Shown: one piece after another, positions 6,978-16,989 of the stretch | Position numbering within the stretch: the first letter of the stretch is position 1 | Layout of the letters: every line of letters begins with the position of its first letter | Source: Gemmatimonadota bacterium | GTDB taxonomy: Bacteria; Gemmatimonadota; Gemmatimonadetes; Gemmatimonadales; GWC2-71-9 | NCBI GenBank assembly: GCA_046728135.1 | Contig: JBKPDZ010000016.1 | Location: forward strand, 6,822 to 70,821 | DNA length: 64,000 nt | Reading direction: 5' to 3' | Position numbers and translations under genes: made by a program | Notes under the pieces: generated by a model | Told to the model about the DNA's origin: nothing | Database searches by the model: none | The model's input: only the letters and a program-made list of their open reading frames with translations

Positions 6978-8438
6978 CTACTCGCCACCTTCTTTCACAC
7001 GTACAGTCACCCATCTCGCCGCCGCCCGCTGCATCAGCGCTTGCCCGTGCCACGCGCACAAGACCGGTACATCACCCGGCACCTGAACGGCAAGTCGCGG
7101 ATGCGCCAACAAAACCACGAGTGACGCACCGGGCACGAGTCGCGCGAGCTTCGCGACGGACTGCGCTCCAAGATCGGCGCGGCCCTTCCACGATCTCGGC
7201 TCCGCGTAGACCAGTATCACTCGGCTGACCCCGGGGCGGCGCCCTGGGGTCTCCGGGGTCAGCCGAACCCCACCCCCACTCGCGCGCAGCGCGGCATGAA
7301 ACACATCCCGTGGCGGAATCGAATACGGTCCGCCGATATCATCATCCACAATCGTCACGCTAAGTGTCTTGCCGAGCTGCGGCGCCTCGCCTCGTACGAA
7401 ATGCAGCGCCCGATCCGCCAGCCCGTCGCCAAACTTCTGATGCTCGGCCAGCATCGCTTCATCGACCCGTCCCCCGTCCCCCGTCCCCCGTCCCCACGTC
7501 TGCACCGCCGTCTCATACCGCCCGAGCGCCGCTTCGGCCCGATCTGCCGGTACGCTCTCCAATGACTGCACGACACCAGTCCAGTCCGTCGGGTAGAGCA
7601 GCATGTCGCACCCGGCGCTGATCGCCGCCGCCGCCGCCGCGCGCTCCGGTGCCGCCGCGGTCGCGCCCCCCATGATGAACGCATCCGTCACCGTGAGTCC
7701 GCGAAACCCGAGCGTGTCACGCAAATAGCCGAGGATGATGGGAGAGAACGTCGCCGCGGACCCGCTCGCGTCCCAGCGCGGATACGCGACGAACGCCGGC
7801 ATCACGCTGCCGACGCCGGCGTCCACGGCTGCCTTGAACGGCGCGACATCCGCTCGCTGCACCTCGTCGCCGAGCGCCTCGACGATCGGCAGCCCCTCGT
7901 GCGAGTCCGTCGTGGTCCGCCCATGTCCCGGGTAATGCTTGGCACACGCCAGTGCGCCATGCTCCTGGCAACCGCGAATCCAGGCGGTCGCATGCGCCGC
8001 CACCCGCTCCGGGTCAGCACCGAACGAGCGCGTCTGGACGATCGGATTCTTCGGCTCGATGTCGAGATCGCAGACCGGCGCGAATATCCAGTTGAGCCCG
8101 ACCGCACGCGCTTCGCTCGCGGTGATCGACGCCGCGGCGTACGTGGCATCGAGATCGTTGAGATATCCCAGCGCGGCGGGGGGCGGCAGCTCGGTGAGAC
8201 CTCGCACCTGCTGACCCGGCCCACGCTCGAAATCCGAGCCCAGCAGCAGCGGCCGGCCGGCGAGGTCGCGCAGCGCACTCGTGAGCGCGGTGACGGCGGC
8301 GCGGGTGCCGCCAAAGAGAATGAATCCGCCCACGCCGGCCGCCAGCGCCTGCTCGATCTTCGCGCGCTCAGATCTGAACGATCCGCGCCGCCAGCGCAGC
8401 GCCGGACAGACGAGGCGTGCCCGGGGTTCCAGCATCAT
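6978..8438 (-). CDS. nagZ: glycoside hydrolase family 3 protein, beta-N-acetylhexosaminidase (NagZ)-like with extra C-terminal region
   Basis: KHYPGHGRTTTDSHEGLPIV and VMPAFVAYP are GH3 N-terminal domain signatures. Operon context with anmK and murQ. Confidence 0.8.
   Translation of the reverse strand: MMLEPRARLVCPALRWRRGSFRSERAKIEQALAAGVGGFILFGGTRAAVTALTSALRDLAGRPLLLGSDFERGPGQQVRGLTELPPPAALGYLNDLDATYAAASITASEARAVGLNWIFAPVCDLDIEPKNPIVQTRSFGADPERVAAHATAWIRGCQEHGALACAKHYPGHGRTTTDSHEGLPIVEALGDEVQRADVAPFKAAVDAGVGSVMPAFVAYPRWDASGSAATFSPIILGYLRDTLGFRGLTVTDAFIMGGATAAAPERAAAAAAISAGCDMLLYPTDWTGVVQSLESVPADRAEAALGRYETAVQTWGRGTGDGGRVDEAMLAEHQKFGDGLADRALHFVRGEAPQLGKTLSVTIVDDDIGGPYSIPPRDVFHAALRASGGGVRLTPETPGRRPGVSRVILVYAEPRSWKGRADLGAQSVAKLARLVPGASLVVLLAHPRLAVQVPGDVPVLCAWHGQALMQRAAARWVTVRVKEGGE
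7467..7494 (-). repeat. perfect 4x tandem heptanucleotide repeat (plus CCGTCCC, minus GGGACGG) inside the nagZ-like CDS
   Basis: Read directly at 7467-7494. It encodes WGRGTGDGGR in frame. Confidence 0.9.
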
Positions 8439-8866
8439 GCGGGAGGCATCTGCCTCGCGGCGCGATTGCGGAACAGCAAGAGCGCCAGCAGTAAGGCAAT
8501 GGCAAGGATTCCGCCGCCGAGATCAGGGAGGAGATCAGCGAGGCGACAGTTGCCGGTCCGCGTTGCTCCCTCCTCGAGCTCCACCAGTACGCCCAGCGCG
8601 AGCGTCGCGACGAGCGACCAGGAAAACGTCCTCCGGTCCCGGCGATCGAATTGCCACGCCGTGAACAGAAAGAACACGCCGAACAGCACGAAGTGCGGAA
8701 TTTTGATGAGGGAAATCCGCACGTTGTCCCACGAGAGCCCCAGGTCGCAGGCGGGCACGTAGAAGCGAAAGTGGGCTTGGGTGGGAATCCGCAGGACGCC
8801 GGCGATCAGGAACAACGTGTAGCCCCAACGTCGGAAGCGCGACAACCTGGCGAAGGTCGCAATCAT
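8435..8866 (-). CDS. VanZ-family membrane protein
   Basis: ORF 8435..9142 trimmed to the ATG giving MIATFARLSRFRRWGYTLFLIAG...IPHFVLFGVFFLF...LVELEEGATRTGNCRLADLLPD (VanZ-like). ATGA overlaps with both neighbours. Confidence 0.7.
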   Translation of the reverse strand: MIATFARLSRFRRWGYTLFLIAGVLRIPTQAHFRFYVPACDLGLSWDNVRISLIKIPHFVLFGVFFLFTAWQFDRRDRRTFSWSLVATLALGVLVELEEGATRTGNCRLADLLPDLGGGILAIALLLALLLFRNRAARQMPPA

Positions 8867-9996
8867 GCGGGCGTGATGTGTCCCAACACACGCGGCCCGC
8901 GGGCCCCCGTGGCTGCCGGCAGATTGCCCGGTTTCCCGGACACGGTCTGCATCCCGAGAAACGCGAACGCGACCGCTTCTTTCGCCTCGCCGTTGAAGAA
9001 GACCTGATCGAACAGCACCACGGCGCGCGGCTGGATCTTCGCGGCCAACCGCTCGACGAGCGCGGGATTCTTGGCGCCGCCACCCGATATCACCACCTCC
9101 GCCACTTCCCGGTCCCCCGTCCCTCTTCCCCCTTCCCCCCAACGCGCGATCGCGCGGCCGATCGATTCCGCCGTGAGCGCGGTGGCGGTGGCGATCGCGT
9201 CATTGTCGGAGCCGCCGGATTTCTTCACGCGCCCCAGCACCTTGTCGGCGTATTCGATCCCGAACCGCTCGCGACCCGTGCTCTTGGGCGGCGGCTGATC
9301 GAAATAGGGATCCGCCAGCAGCTCCTCGAGGAGCTTCGCCACCGGCCGGCCGCGGCGCGCGCGCTCGCCATCGCGATCGTACGACGCGTCCGGATCCACC
9401 CGCCGCGTGATCGCATCGATGACGGCGACGCCGGGGCCCGTGTCGAACGCAAACGCGCCCTCGGCCACGCCGCGCCGCGGCACCCAGGTGACATTCGCCA
9501 TCCCACCGATATTCAGCAGCCAGCGCCCGTGCTGTTCGTGGCCGAAGAGCATCACATCCGCGAGCGGCACCAGCGGCGCGCCCTGCCCTCCCGCTGCCAC
9601 GTCGCGGGCGCGAAAGTCGCTCACCACGCGTACGCCAAGCCGCTCGGCCAGCACGGCGGGATCGCCGAGTTGGAACGTGGCGCGACCCGGCTCATGCCAG
9701 ATCGTTTGACCGTGGGATGCGACAAAGAAGAGGTCCTTCGGCGACATACGCGCCTGGGCCAGCAGGCCCAGCACCGCCGCGGCAAACCGTTCGCCAAGCG
9801 CGACATGCAGAAACGCGACGTCCTTGGGCGTGCCGCGTGCCATCGCATCGATGATGGCCCCACGCTCAGCGGCGGTGTACGGCTCCTGCCGAAAGGCGAC
9901 GAGCTCGACCGCGCCGTCACGGAGTCGTACGAGCGCGGTCGAGATCCCGTCGAGCGATGTGCCCGACATGACGCCGACCGCGAGCACGTCGCTCAT
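8863..9996 (-). CDS. anmK: anhydro-N-acetylmuramic acid kinase
   Basis: ORF trimmed to MSDVLAVGVMSGTSLDGISTALV (the AnmK N-terminal GxMSGTSxDG motif). Also ...NIGGMANVT... and ISGGGAKNP. Confidence 0.9.
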   Translation of the reverse strand: MSDVLAVGVMSGTSLDGISTALVRLRDGAVELVAFRQEPYTAAERGAIIDAMARGTPKDVAFLHVALGERFAAAVLGLLAQARMSPKDLFFVASHGQTIWHEPGRATFQLGDPAVLAERLGVRVVSDFRARDVAAGGQGAPLVPLADVMLFGHEQHGRWLLNIGGMANVTWVPRRGVAEGAFAFDTGPGVAVIDAITRRVDPDASYDRDGERARRGRPVAKLLEELLADPYFDQPPPKSTGRERFGIEYADKVLGRVKKSGGSDNDAIATATALTAESIGRAIARWGEGGRGTGDREVAEVVISGGGAKNPALVERLAAKIQPRAVVLFDQVFFNGEAKEAVAFAFLGMQTVSGKPGNLPAATGARGPRVLGHITPA

Positions 9997-10919
9997 CGCC
10001 GGACGGCCGGTGGATCGCCAACGACGGGACGGACGAAACCCCCGGCCGCCTCGAGCAACCGGCGCGCCTCGGCGGCGCTCACTTTGCGGCGCGCCATCAC
10101 GATCGCGAGCTTGACGCTGCCCTCCGCCCCCGTGATCGCCGCACGGGCCTCCTCGCGATTCACACCACAACACTCCATCACGATCCGCTCGCCGCGGTCG
10201 TGCAGCTTCGCGCTCATCGCCATGAGATCCACCATCAGATTGCCGTAGACCTTGCCGAGCCGAATCATCGCGCCGGTCGTGAGCGTGTTGAGCACGAGCT
10301 TGGTTGCCGTGCCCGCCTTGAGGCGTGTAGATCCGGTGAGCACTTCGGGGCCCGTGATGGGATTGATGATGACGTCGCACGTCTCCGCGAGGACCTGGGG
10401 TGGTGTCGAGCACGTCACCAGGACCGTCTTTGCACCGAGCGTCTGCGCGCGGGACAGGGCCATGCGAACGTACGGCGTGGTGCCGCTGGCAGCGATCCCG
10501 ACGACGACGTCGCGATTCGTGACGCTCGCGCTATCCATCGCGGCCCCTCCCGCATTGACGTCGTCCTCGGCCCCCTCGGCGCTCTTCACGAGCGCCGGGT
10601 AGCCACCGGCGATGACGCCGACCACCATGGTGGGCGGCACACCAAAGGTGGGGGGGCATTCGGTCGCGTCGAGGACGCCGAGACGGCCTGAGGTCCCTGC
10701 CCCGACATAGACCAACCGGCCGCCGGCCCGAAAGGCCGCCACGATCAGATCAATGGCGGCCGCGATGCGCTCGCGCTCACGGCGCACGACGCCCGCGACG
10801 GTCGCGTCCTCGGCGTTCATGAGGTCCACGATTTCGAGACTCGAGGCCACGTCGATGCGCTCGGTACGAGGGTTGCGCTGCTCGGTGGCCCGAGGATCCG
10901 AGAAATCGCGGTTTGTCAT
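9993..10919 (-). CDS. murQ: N-acetylmuramic acid 6-phosphate etherase
   Basis: TEQRNPRTERIDVASSLEIVDLMNAED..., GRLVYVGAGTSGRLG and a SIS domain, as typical of MurQ. Confidence 0.9.
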   Translation of the reverse strand: MTNRDFSDPRATEQRNPRTERIDVASSLEIVDLMNAEDATVAGVVRRERERIAAAIDLIVAAFRAGGRLVYVGAGTSGRLGVLDATECPPTFGVPPTMVVGVIAGGYPALVKSAEGAEDDVNAGGAAMDSASVTNRDVVVGIAASGTTPYVRMALSRAQTLGAKTVLVTCSTPPQVLAETCDVIINPITGPEVLTGSTRLKAGTATKLVLNTLTTGAMIRLGKVYGNLMVDLMAMSAKLHDRGERIVMECCGVNREEARAAITGAEGSVKLAIVMARRKVSAAEARRLLEAAGGFVRPVVGDPPAVRR

Positions 10920-10947
10920 GGAGGAGAATTAGAAGATAAGATTACGA

Positions 10948-12705
10948 ATGCGAAAGATCCTCGTCCTCTGGCTGGTGACCGGCGCCATGGCCTGCGGCGG
11001 CACGCGACCGGGGATGACTCCCATTCCGGCCCGCGCGGCCCGCGCGGGGGCGGGGGCGGTCATCCGCGGCACGCCGGTCATTCCTCCGACCTGGTCGTTG
11101 CGCGCGCGTGCGGTCACCGCGCCGCACGCGATGGTCGTCTCCGCGCATCCGCTCGCGAGCGAGGCGGGCGTCGAGATCCTGAAAAAGGGCGGCAACGCCA
11201 TGGATGCCGCCATCGCCGTCGCGTTCGCGCTCGAGGTCGTGCTGCCGGACGCAGGCAACATCGGCGGCGGCGGCTTCATCGTACAGCGCGCCGCCGACGG
11301 CGAAGTCACGGCGCTCGACTACCGCGAAGCCGCGCCCGCGCGCGCCACACGCGACATGTATCTGGATTCCGCCGGCAACGTCACGGACAACAGCCGCTAC
11401 GGTCACCTGGCGGTGGGCGTGCCCGGCAGCGTCGCCGGGCTCCACGCGGCCTGGACCCGGTACGGCTCGCTCCCGTGGGCCGACCTGATCGCGCCGGCGG
11501 TTCGCCTGGCGCAGGGTCACATCATCGACACGGCACGCAGCCGAGACATTGCGGCCGATCGCGAGCTGCTCGCGCATTTCCCAGCGAGCCGCGCGCAATT
11601 CCTCGTGCAGGACAGCGCCCCGTCGCCGGGCACGGTCTGGAAGCAGCCGGATCTCGCGCGAACGCTGCAGCTGATCAGCGACTCCGGCCCGGACGTGTTC
11701 TACCGGGGCCAGATCGCCGATCTGATCGTAGCGGAGATGCAGCGTGGCGGCGGGCTGATTACCAAGGAAGACCTGCGACGTTACCAACCCAGGTGGCGCA
11801 CACCCATCCACCTGACGTATCGCGGGCACACGATCTACTCCATGCCGCCGCCATCCTCCGGCGGCGTGACGATGGGCGAGATGCTAAACATGCTCGAGGG
11901 CTACGACACGATCCCCGCGTTCGGCACAGCGGCGTACGTGCATCTCTTGACGGAAGTGATGCGCCGGGCGTTCATCGATCGCAACCGCTGGCTGGGCGAT
12001 CCCGATTTCGTCGATATGCCGCTCGATCAGCTGCTCTCGAAATCGTACGCGGCGCGGCTGCGCGCGCAGATCGATCCGAACCGCGCCACGCCCACGCCGG
12101 TCGTCGCGTCGGGCCATGAGGCGGTACACACGACGCACTACTCGATCGTGGACGCGAAGGGGAACGCGGTGTCGGTCACGACGACCTTGAACGGCGGCTT
12201 CGGCAGCGGCGTCACGGTGACGGGGGCGGGTTTTCTGCTCAACAACGAGATGGACGACTTCACCTCGGCGCCCGGCAAGCCGAACATGTACGGGCTGATC
12301 CAAGGTGAAGCGAACGCCATCCAGCCGCGCAAGCGCATGCTCTCGGCGATGACGCCGTCCATCGTGACGAACTCCACCGGGCAGGTCGAGCTCGTCGTTG
12401 GGTCGCCGGGCGGCCCCACGATCATCACGACCGTAGCGCAGGTCATCATGAACGTGCTGGACCAGCACATGAGCCTCGCGGACGCGGTGGCGGCGCCGCG
12501 GATCCATCATCAGGCCCTCCCCGATCAGACCTTCTACGAGCGCGCGGGGTTGAGCGACTCGACGGTTCGGGCGCTGGAGGCGATGGGACACCAGCTGGAG
12601 ATGCGGCGTGGTCACAGCGGCGTGGTCGCGGCCATACAAAAAACCGCCGGTGGTTGGGTCGGGGTCTCTGACCCACGTACCGCGGGCGGGGCAATCGGTT
12701 ACTGA
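10948..12705 (+). CDS. ggt: gamma-glutamyltransferase
   Basis: Signal/lipobox-like N-terminus. THYSIVDAKGNAVSVTTTLNGGFGSG contains the catalytic Thr autoprocessing site context. Confidence 0.9.
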   Translation: MRKILVLWLVTGAMACGGTRPGMTPIPARAARAGAGAVIRGTPVIPPTWSLRARAVTAPHAMVVSAHPLASEAGVEILKKGGNAMDAAIAVAFALEVVLPDAGNIGGGGFIVQRAADGEVTALDYREAAPARATRDMYLDSAGNVTDNSRYGHLAVGVPGSVAGLHAAWTRYGSLPWADLIAPAVRLAQGHIIDTARSRDIAADRELLAHFPASRAQFLVQDSAPSPGTVWKQPDLARTLQLISDSGPDVFYRGQIADLIVAEMQRGGGLITKEDLRRYQPRWRTPIHLTYRGHTIYSMPPPSSGGVTMGEMLNMLEGYDTIPAFGTAAYVHLLTEVMRRAFIDRNRWLGDPDFVDMPLDQLLSKSYAARLRAQIDPNRATPTPVVASGHEAVHTTHYSIVDAKGNAVSVTTTLNGGFGSGVTVTGAGFLLNNEMDDFTSAPGKPNMYGLIQGEANAIQPRKRMLSAMTPSIVTNSTGQVELVVGSPGGPTIITTVAQVIMNVLDQHMSLADAVAAPRIHHQALPDQTFYERAGLSDSTVRALEAMGHQLEMRRGHSGVVAAIQKTAGGWVGVSDPRTAGGAIGY

Positions 12706-12752
12706 TCGACGGTAAGCGGCTCAATCCTTTAGCACGACTCCGGGAGAGAAGC

Positions 12753-14444
12753 ATGCGTCTCAGAACCCAAGCGTCACCCGCCGATGCCGTCGTTGTCGGC
12801 TCGGGAGCCGGTGGTGGAATGGCAGCCTACGTCCTGACCCGCGCCGGTCTCAACGTCACGGTCCTCGAGGCCGGCGCGCCGTGGGACAACACGACCGACT
12901 CCGCCATGCTCGTCTGGCCGTACGACTCACCGCGGCGGGGCGCGTCGACCAAGCTGAAACCGTTCGGCGAATTCGACGGCTGCATCGGGGGGTGGGAAAT
13001 CCCGGGCGAGCCCTACACCGTCGCGAAGGGAGACAAGTTCCGCTGGTGGCGGGCGCGCATGGTCGGCGGCCGGACCAACCACTGGGGTCGTATCTCCTTG
13101 CGGTTCGGGCCGCGCGACTTCAAAGCCAAGACGTTCGACGGCCTCGGCGACGACTGGCCGATCAGCTACGACGACGTCAAGCCGTACTATGAGAAGCTCG
13201 AGCGGCTCGTCGGCGTGTTCGGGAGCGTCGAGAACGTTCCGAACGCCCCGGACAGCATCTTCCTGCCGGCGCCCAGGCCGCGCTGCTATGAGCTGCTGGT
13301 GCAACAGGCAGCCCGGCGCCTCAACGTCACCTGCGTGCCGGCCCGGCTCTCGATTCTCACCCAGCCGCTCAACGGCCGCCCAGCGTGTCACTACTGCGCC
13401 CAGTGTAACCGCGGCTGTAAGACGAATTCCAACTTCTCTTCCACCAACGTTCTCATCGCCCCCGCCCTCCAGACCGGCAAGCTCACCCTGAAGACGAATG
13501 CCATGGCGCGGGAGATCACGTTGGACAAGAGCGGCAAGGCGAACGGCGTCATCTACATCGACACGCGGGACGGCAGCGAGCACCGCATCGATGCCCGCGT
13601 CGTGGTATTGGCAGCGAGCGCGTGCGAAACGTCGCGCCTCTTGCTCAACTCGAAATCGACGTCGTTCCCGCATGGGCTCGCGAACGGCAGCGGGACCGTT
13701 GGGAAGTATCTCACCGACACGACCGGCACCGATGCGGGGGGCTTCATTCCCAAGATGATGGACCCGGTCCCGCACAATCATGACGGCGTGGGTGGGATGC
13801 ATGTCTACATGCCCTGGTGGCTCGACAACAAGAAGCTCGATTTCCCGCGCGGCTACCATATCGAGGTGTGGGGCGGCGCCGGGCTGCCCGGAGCCGGCTT
13901 TGGGGGCGGCATCCAGGACCTCCAGGGCGGCGGCTACGGCAAGCAGCTCAAGAACGACTACCGCCGCTACTACGGCGCGCATGTTGGGTTTTCGGGCCGT
14001 GGCGAGATGATCCCCAACGAGGACAGCTACTGCGAGATCGACCCCAACGTCGTGGACAAATGGGGTATCCCGGTGCTGCGCTTCCACTGGAAATTCACCG
14101 ACCACGAGTATCTCCAGGTGAAGCACATGCAGGAGACGTTCCGCGCCCTCATCAAGGAGATGGGCGGCACGCCGTGGGGCGAGATGCCGAGCAAAGAGGA
14201 CGGCTACGGCATCGCGGCGGGCGGTGTCATCATCCACGAGCTGGGCGGAGCGCGGATGGGCGCGGATCCCAAGAGCTCAGTGGTGAACGCCAACTGCCAG
14301 ACGCATGAAGTGAAGAACCTGTTCGTCGCCGACGGCGGGCCGTTCACGTCGCAGGCCGACAAGAATCCCACCTGGACGATCATGGCGCTCTCGTGGCGCA
14401 CGTCGGAGTACATCGCGGATCAAATGAAAAAGAGGGCTCTATGA
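12753..14444 (+). CDS. GMC-family FAD oxidoreductase (gluconate 2-dehydrogenase flavoprotein-like / glycoside oxidase-like)
   Basis: DAVVVGSGAGGGMAAYVLTRAGLNVTVLEAG (FAD GxGxxG) and a C-terminal GMC pattern ...HELGGARMG...NLFVADGGPF. Confidence 0.85.
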   Translation: MRLRTQASPADAVVVGSGAGGGMAAYVLTRAGLNVTVLEAGAPWDNTTDSAMLVWPYDSPRRGASTKLKPFGEFDGCIGGWEIPGEPYTVAKGDKFRWWRARMVGGRTNHWGRISLRFGPRDFKAKTFDGLGDDWPISYDDVKPYYEKLERLVGVFGSVENVPNAPDSIFLPAPRPRCYELLVQQAARRLNVTCVPARLSILTQPLNGRPACHYCAQCNRGCKTNSNFSSTNVLIAPALQTGKLTLKTNAMAREITLDKSGKANGVIYIDTRDGSEHRIDARVVVLAASACETSRLLLNSKSTSFPHGLANGSGTVGKYLTDTTGTDAGGFIPKMMDPVPHNHDGVGGMHVYMPWWLDNKKLDFPRGYHIEVWGGAGLPGAGFGGGIQDLQGGGYGKQLKNDYRRYYGAHVGFSGRGEMIPNEDSYCEIDPNVVDKWGIPVLRFHWKFTDHEYLQVKHMQETFRALIKEMGGTPWGEMPSKEDGYGIAAGGVIIHELGGARMGADPKSSVVNANCQTHEVKNLFVADGGPFTSQADKNPTWTIMALSWRTSEYIADQMKKRAL

Positions 14445-15031
14445 AACGGCGCGAGGCAGTAGGCGCAGTGGCGATGGCCGCATTAACCGCGGCTTTCCGA
14501 TGGACGCCGGAAGACGCCGAACGGGCGGCAACATTGGCGCAACAGGCGTTGAAGGCAAGGACACCGTTCGCTCCGGCGTTCTTTACGCCGCACGAGTGGG
14601 ATACGGTGCGCGTGCTGGCCGATCTCGTCATTCCGAAGGACGAACGCTCCGGGAGTGCCACCGACGCCGGGGTCCCCGAGTACATGGACTTCATGCTGAA
14701 CGACCGGCCCGACGGCCAGACGCCGATGCGGGGCGGGCTCGCCTGGCTCGATAACGAGTGCGCCGAGCGCTTCGGGAAAACGTTCGCCGCAGCGACACCG
14801 AGCGAGCAAACCGCCGTGCTCGACGACATCGCCTGGCCCAAGAAAGCGAAGCCGGAGATGAGCCAGGGCGTTGCCTTCTTCAACATGTTCCGTGATATGA
14901 CGGCGTCGGGATTCTGGTCCAGCAAGATCGGCGTGACCGATCTCGACTATCGTGGCAACACATTCGTGCGTGAGTGGACCGGCTGCCCGCCGGAAGCGCT
15001 GCAGAAACTTGGCGTCCAGTACGGGGATTGA
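14441..15031 (+). CDS. gluconate 2-dehydrogenase subunit 3-family small subunit (Tat-signal-like)
   Basis: ORF trimmed to MKRREAVGAVAMAALTAAF. ATGA-coupled to the GMC gene. The family pairing with a GMC flavoprotein is typical. Confidence 0.7.
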   Translation: MKRREAVGAVAMAALTAAFRWTPEDAERAATLAQQALKARTPFAPAFFTPHEWDTVRVLADLVIPKDERSGSATDAGVPEYMDFMLNDRPDGQTPMRGGLAWLDNECAERFGKTFAAATPSEQTAVLDDIAWPKKAKPEMSQGVAFFNMFRDMTASGFWSSKIGVTDLDYRGNTFVREWTGCPPEALQKLGVQYGD

Positions 15032-16270
15032 ATGGCGAAACGACTTGGCATCGGGATCGTGGGGAGCGGCTTCAACGCCAAATTCCACCTGCTGGGTTTC
15101 GTGGGTGTCCGGGACGCCGACGTCCTCGGCGTCTGGAGTCCCAACCAGAAGAACGCCGCGATGACGGCCACGATCGCAAAGCAGCTGGGAGTGGGTGACG
15201 CCAAGCCGTATCCGTCCATCGCGGCGATGGTCGAGGATCCGGCCATCGACGCGATCTGGCTCTGCGGCCCCAACTACGCGCGCATCGAAAACGTGGAAGA
15301 GCTGGTGAGCGCGATCGGACGCGGGAAGGGCAAGCTCCTCGGCCTCGCCTGTGAAAAGCCGCTGGCGCGCAATGTCGCGGAAGCCAAACGCGTCGTAGAG
15401 CTCGTCAGGAAAGTCGGCCTGCCGACCGGGTACCTCGAGAACCAGGTCTTCTCGCCTCAGGTCGAGGTGGGACGGACCTTGCTCTGGGCGCGCGGCGCCA
15501 AGCTGACGGGCCGGCCCTACCTCGCGCGCGCGGCCGAAGAGCACAGCGGCCCGCATGCGCCCTGGTTCTGGCAGGGCGCGCAACAGGGAGGCGGCGTGCT
15601 GAACGACATGATGTGTCACTCGTCACTGCTGGTCCAACATCTCCTCACCGATCCGACGAAGCCGCGGAGCTCCGTCCAACCGGCGAAAATCACGGCCCAC
15701 ATCGCGAGCCTGAAGTGGTCCCGTCCCCACTACAGCAAGAAGCTCAGCGAGACGATGGGCCAGGACGTGGACTACGCCAAGACGCCGTCAGAAGATTTCG
15801 CGAGCGTCGTGATCGATTTCGCCACCGACGACGGCCATCGCGTGCTGGGTGAAGCGACGACGTCCTGGAGCTTTGTCGGCGCGGGCTTACGGCTCTCCGC
15901 CGAATTGCTGGGCCCCGAGTACTCGTTGTCGTGGAACTCGCTCGACTCGGGACTCAATCTGTTCTTCAGCCGCGAGGTGCAAGGCAAGGCGGGGGAGGAC
16001 CTGGTCGAGAAGCAGAACGCCGAAATCGGGCAGATGCCCGTCGTGGCGAACGAAGCGGCGGCGTACGGGTACGAGGCCGAAGACCGTCATTTCGTCCACG
16101 CCTTTCTCAACAAGCAGCAGCCCGCACTCACGTTCGACGACGGCTTGCAGGTCGTGAAAGTCTTGATGACCGCCTACATGAGCGCCGAGCAGGGCTGCAC
16201 ACTCGACTTCCCCGGCCCAGGCGTCGATACGTTCGTACCCGCGGTCGCGAAAGGAACATGGAAGCCATGA
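15032..16270 (+). CDS. Gfo/Idh/MocA-family oxidoreductase
   Basis: MAKRLGIGIVGSGFNAKFHL Rossmann N-terminus, ...EKPLARN... motif, 412 aa. Confidence 0.85.
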   Translation: MAKRLGIGIVGSGFNAKFHLLGFVGVRDADVLGVWSPNQKNAAMTATIAKQLGVGDAKPYPSIAAMVEDPAIDAIWLCGPNYARIENVEELVSAIGRGKGKLLGLACEKPLARNVAEAKRVVELVRKVGLPTGYLENQVFSPQVEVGRTLLWARGAKLTGRPYLARAAEEHSGPHAPWFWQGAQQGGGVLNDMMCHSSLLVQHLLTDPTKPRSSVQPAKITAHIASLKWSRPHYSKKLSETMGQDVDYAKTPSEDFASVVIDFATDDGHRVLGEATTSWSFVGAGLRLSAELLGPEYSLSWNSLDSGLNLFFSREVQGKAGEDLVEKQNAEIGQMPVVANEAAAYGYEAEDRHFVHAFLNKQQPALTFDDGLQVVKVLMTAYMSAEQGCTLDFPGPGVDTFVPAVAKGTWKP

Positions 16271-16989
16271 TCGGCACGCTAGCTTTGTTGCTGATGGCAC
16301 AGACGCCGCAGCAGTGGCCGCAGCACTCGATGGACCGCCCTCGGCCTCCCGTCGTCGATCCCGGCCCGGAGCGCCCTCCCACCCCGGCGCCGAAGGACGC
16401 GATCGTACTGTTCGACGGGACGAGCCTGTCGCAGTGGCGCGCGCAGGACAGCACGGCCGCGAAATGGACGGTGAAGGATGGTTACGTCGAGGTGAAGGCC
16501 GGAACCGGCATGCTGGTCTCCGCTCGCGGCTTCGGCGACGTGCAGCTGCACATCGAGTGGGCAACGCCGGTCGTGGTGCAGGGCGAGGGCCAGGAGCGCG
16601 GCAACAGCGGGGTCTTCTTGATGGGGATCTACGAACTGCAGGTCCTCGACTCCTATCAGAACGACACATATCCGGATGGCCAGGCCGGCGCCATCTACGG
16701 CGAGAATCCACCGCTCGTCAACGCCACGCGACCGCCCGGCCAATGGCAAGCGTACGACGTCGTCTTCCGGCGGCCGCATTTCAAGGCTGACGGCACACTC
16801 GAACGTCCCGCGCGCATGACCGTGTTTCTGAATGGCGTGTTGATCCAAGACAACTTCGAGCTTGTCGGGCCGACGGCGAATCAGGCGCGGCCACCGTACC
16901 GGGCACATCCGGATAAGTTGCCGCTGAAGCTACAGGATCACGGCAATCCGGTGCGCTACAGAAATATCTGGATCAGAGAGTTGGAGTAG
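16258..16989 (+). CDS. DUF1080 (3-keto-disaccharide hydrolase-like) domain protein, secreted
   Basis: ORF 15931..16989 trimmed to MEAMIGTLALLLMAQ. ...FDGTSLSQWR...WTVKDGYVEV...GDVQLHIEW...NSGVFL...YELQVLDS...IWIREL is the DUF1080 pattern. Confidence 0.8.
   Translation: MEAMIGTLALLLMAQTPQQWPQHSMDRPRPPVVDPGPERPPTPAPKDAIVLFDGTSLSQWRAQDSTAAKWTVKDGYVEVKAGTGMLVSARGFGDVQLHIEWATPVVVQGEGQERGNSGVFLMGIYELQVLDSYQNDTYPDGQAGAIYGENPPLVNATRPPGQWQAYDVVFRRPHFKADGTLERPARMTVFLNGVLIQDNFELVGPTANQARPPYRAHPDKLPLKLQDHGNPVRYRNIWIRELE

Noticed and set aside
10920-10947. A 28-bp AT-rich divergent spacer between murQ and ggt as a shared regulatory region.
   Set aside because: It is too short, and I could identify no recognisable operator or promoter hexamers. 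Nothing can be supported beyond noting its presence.
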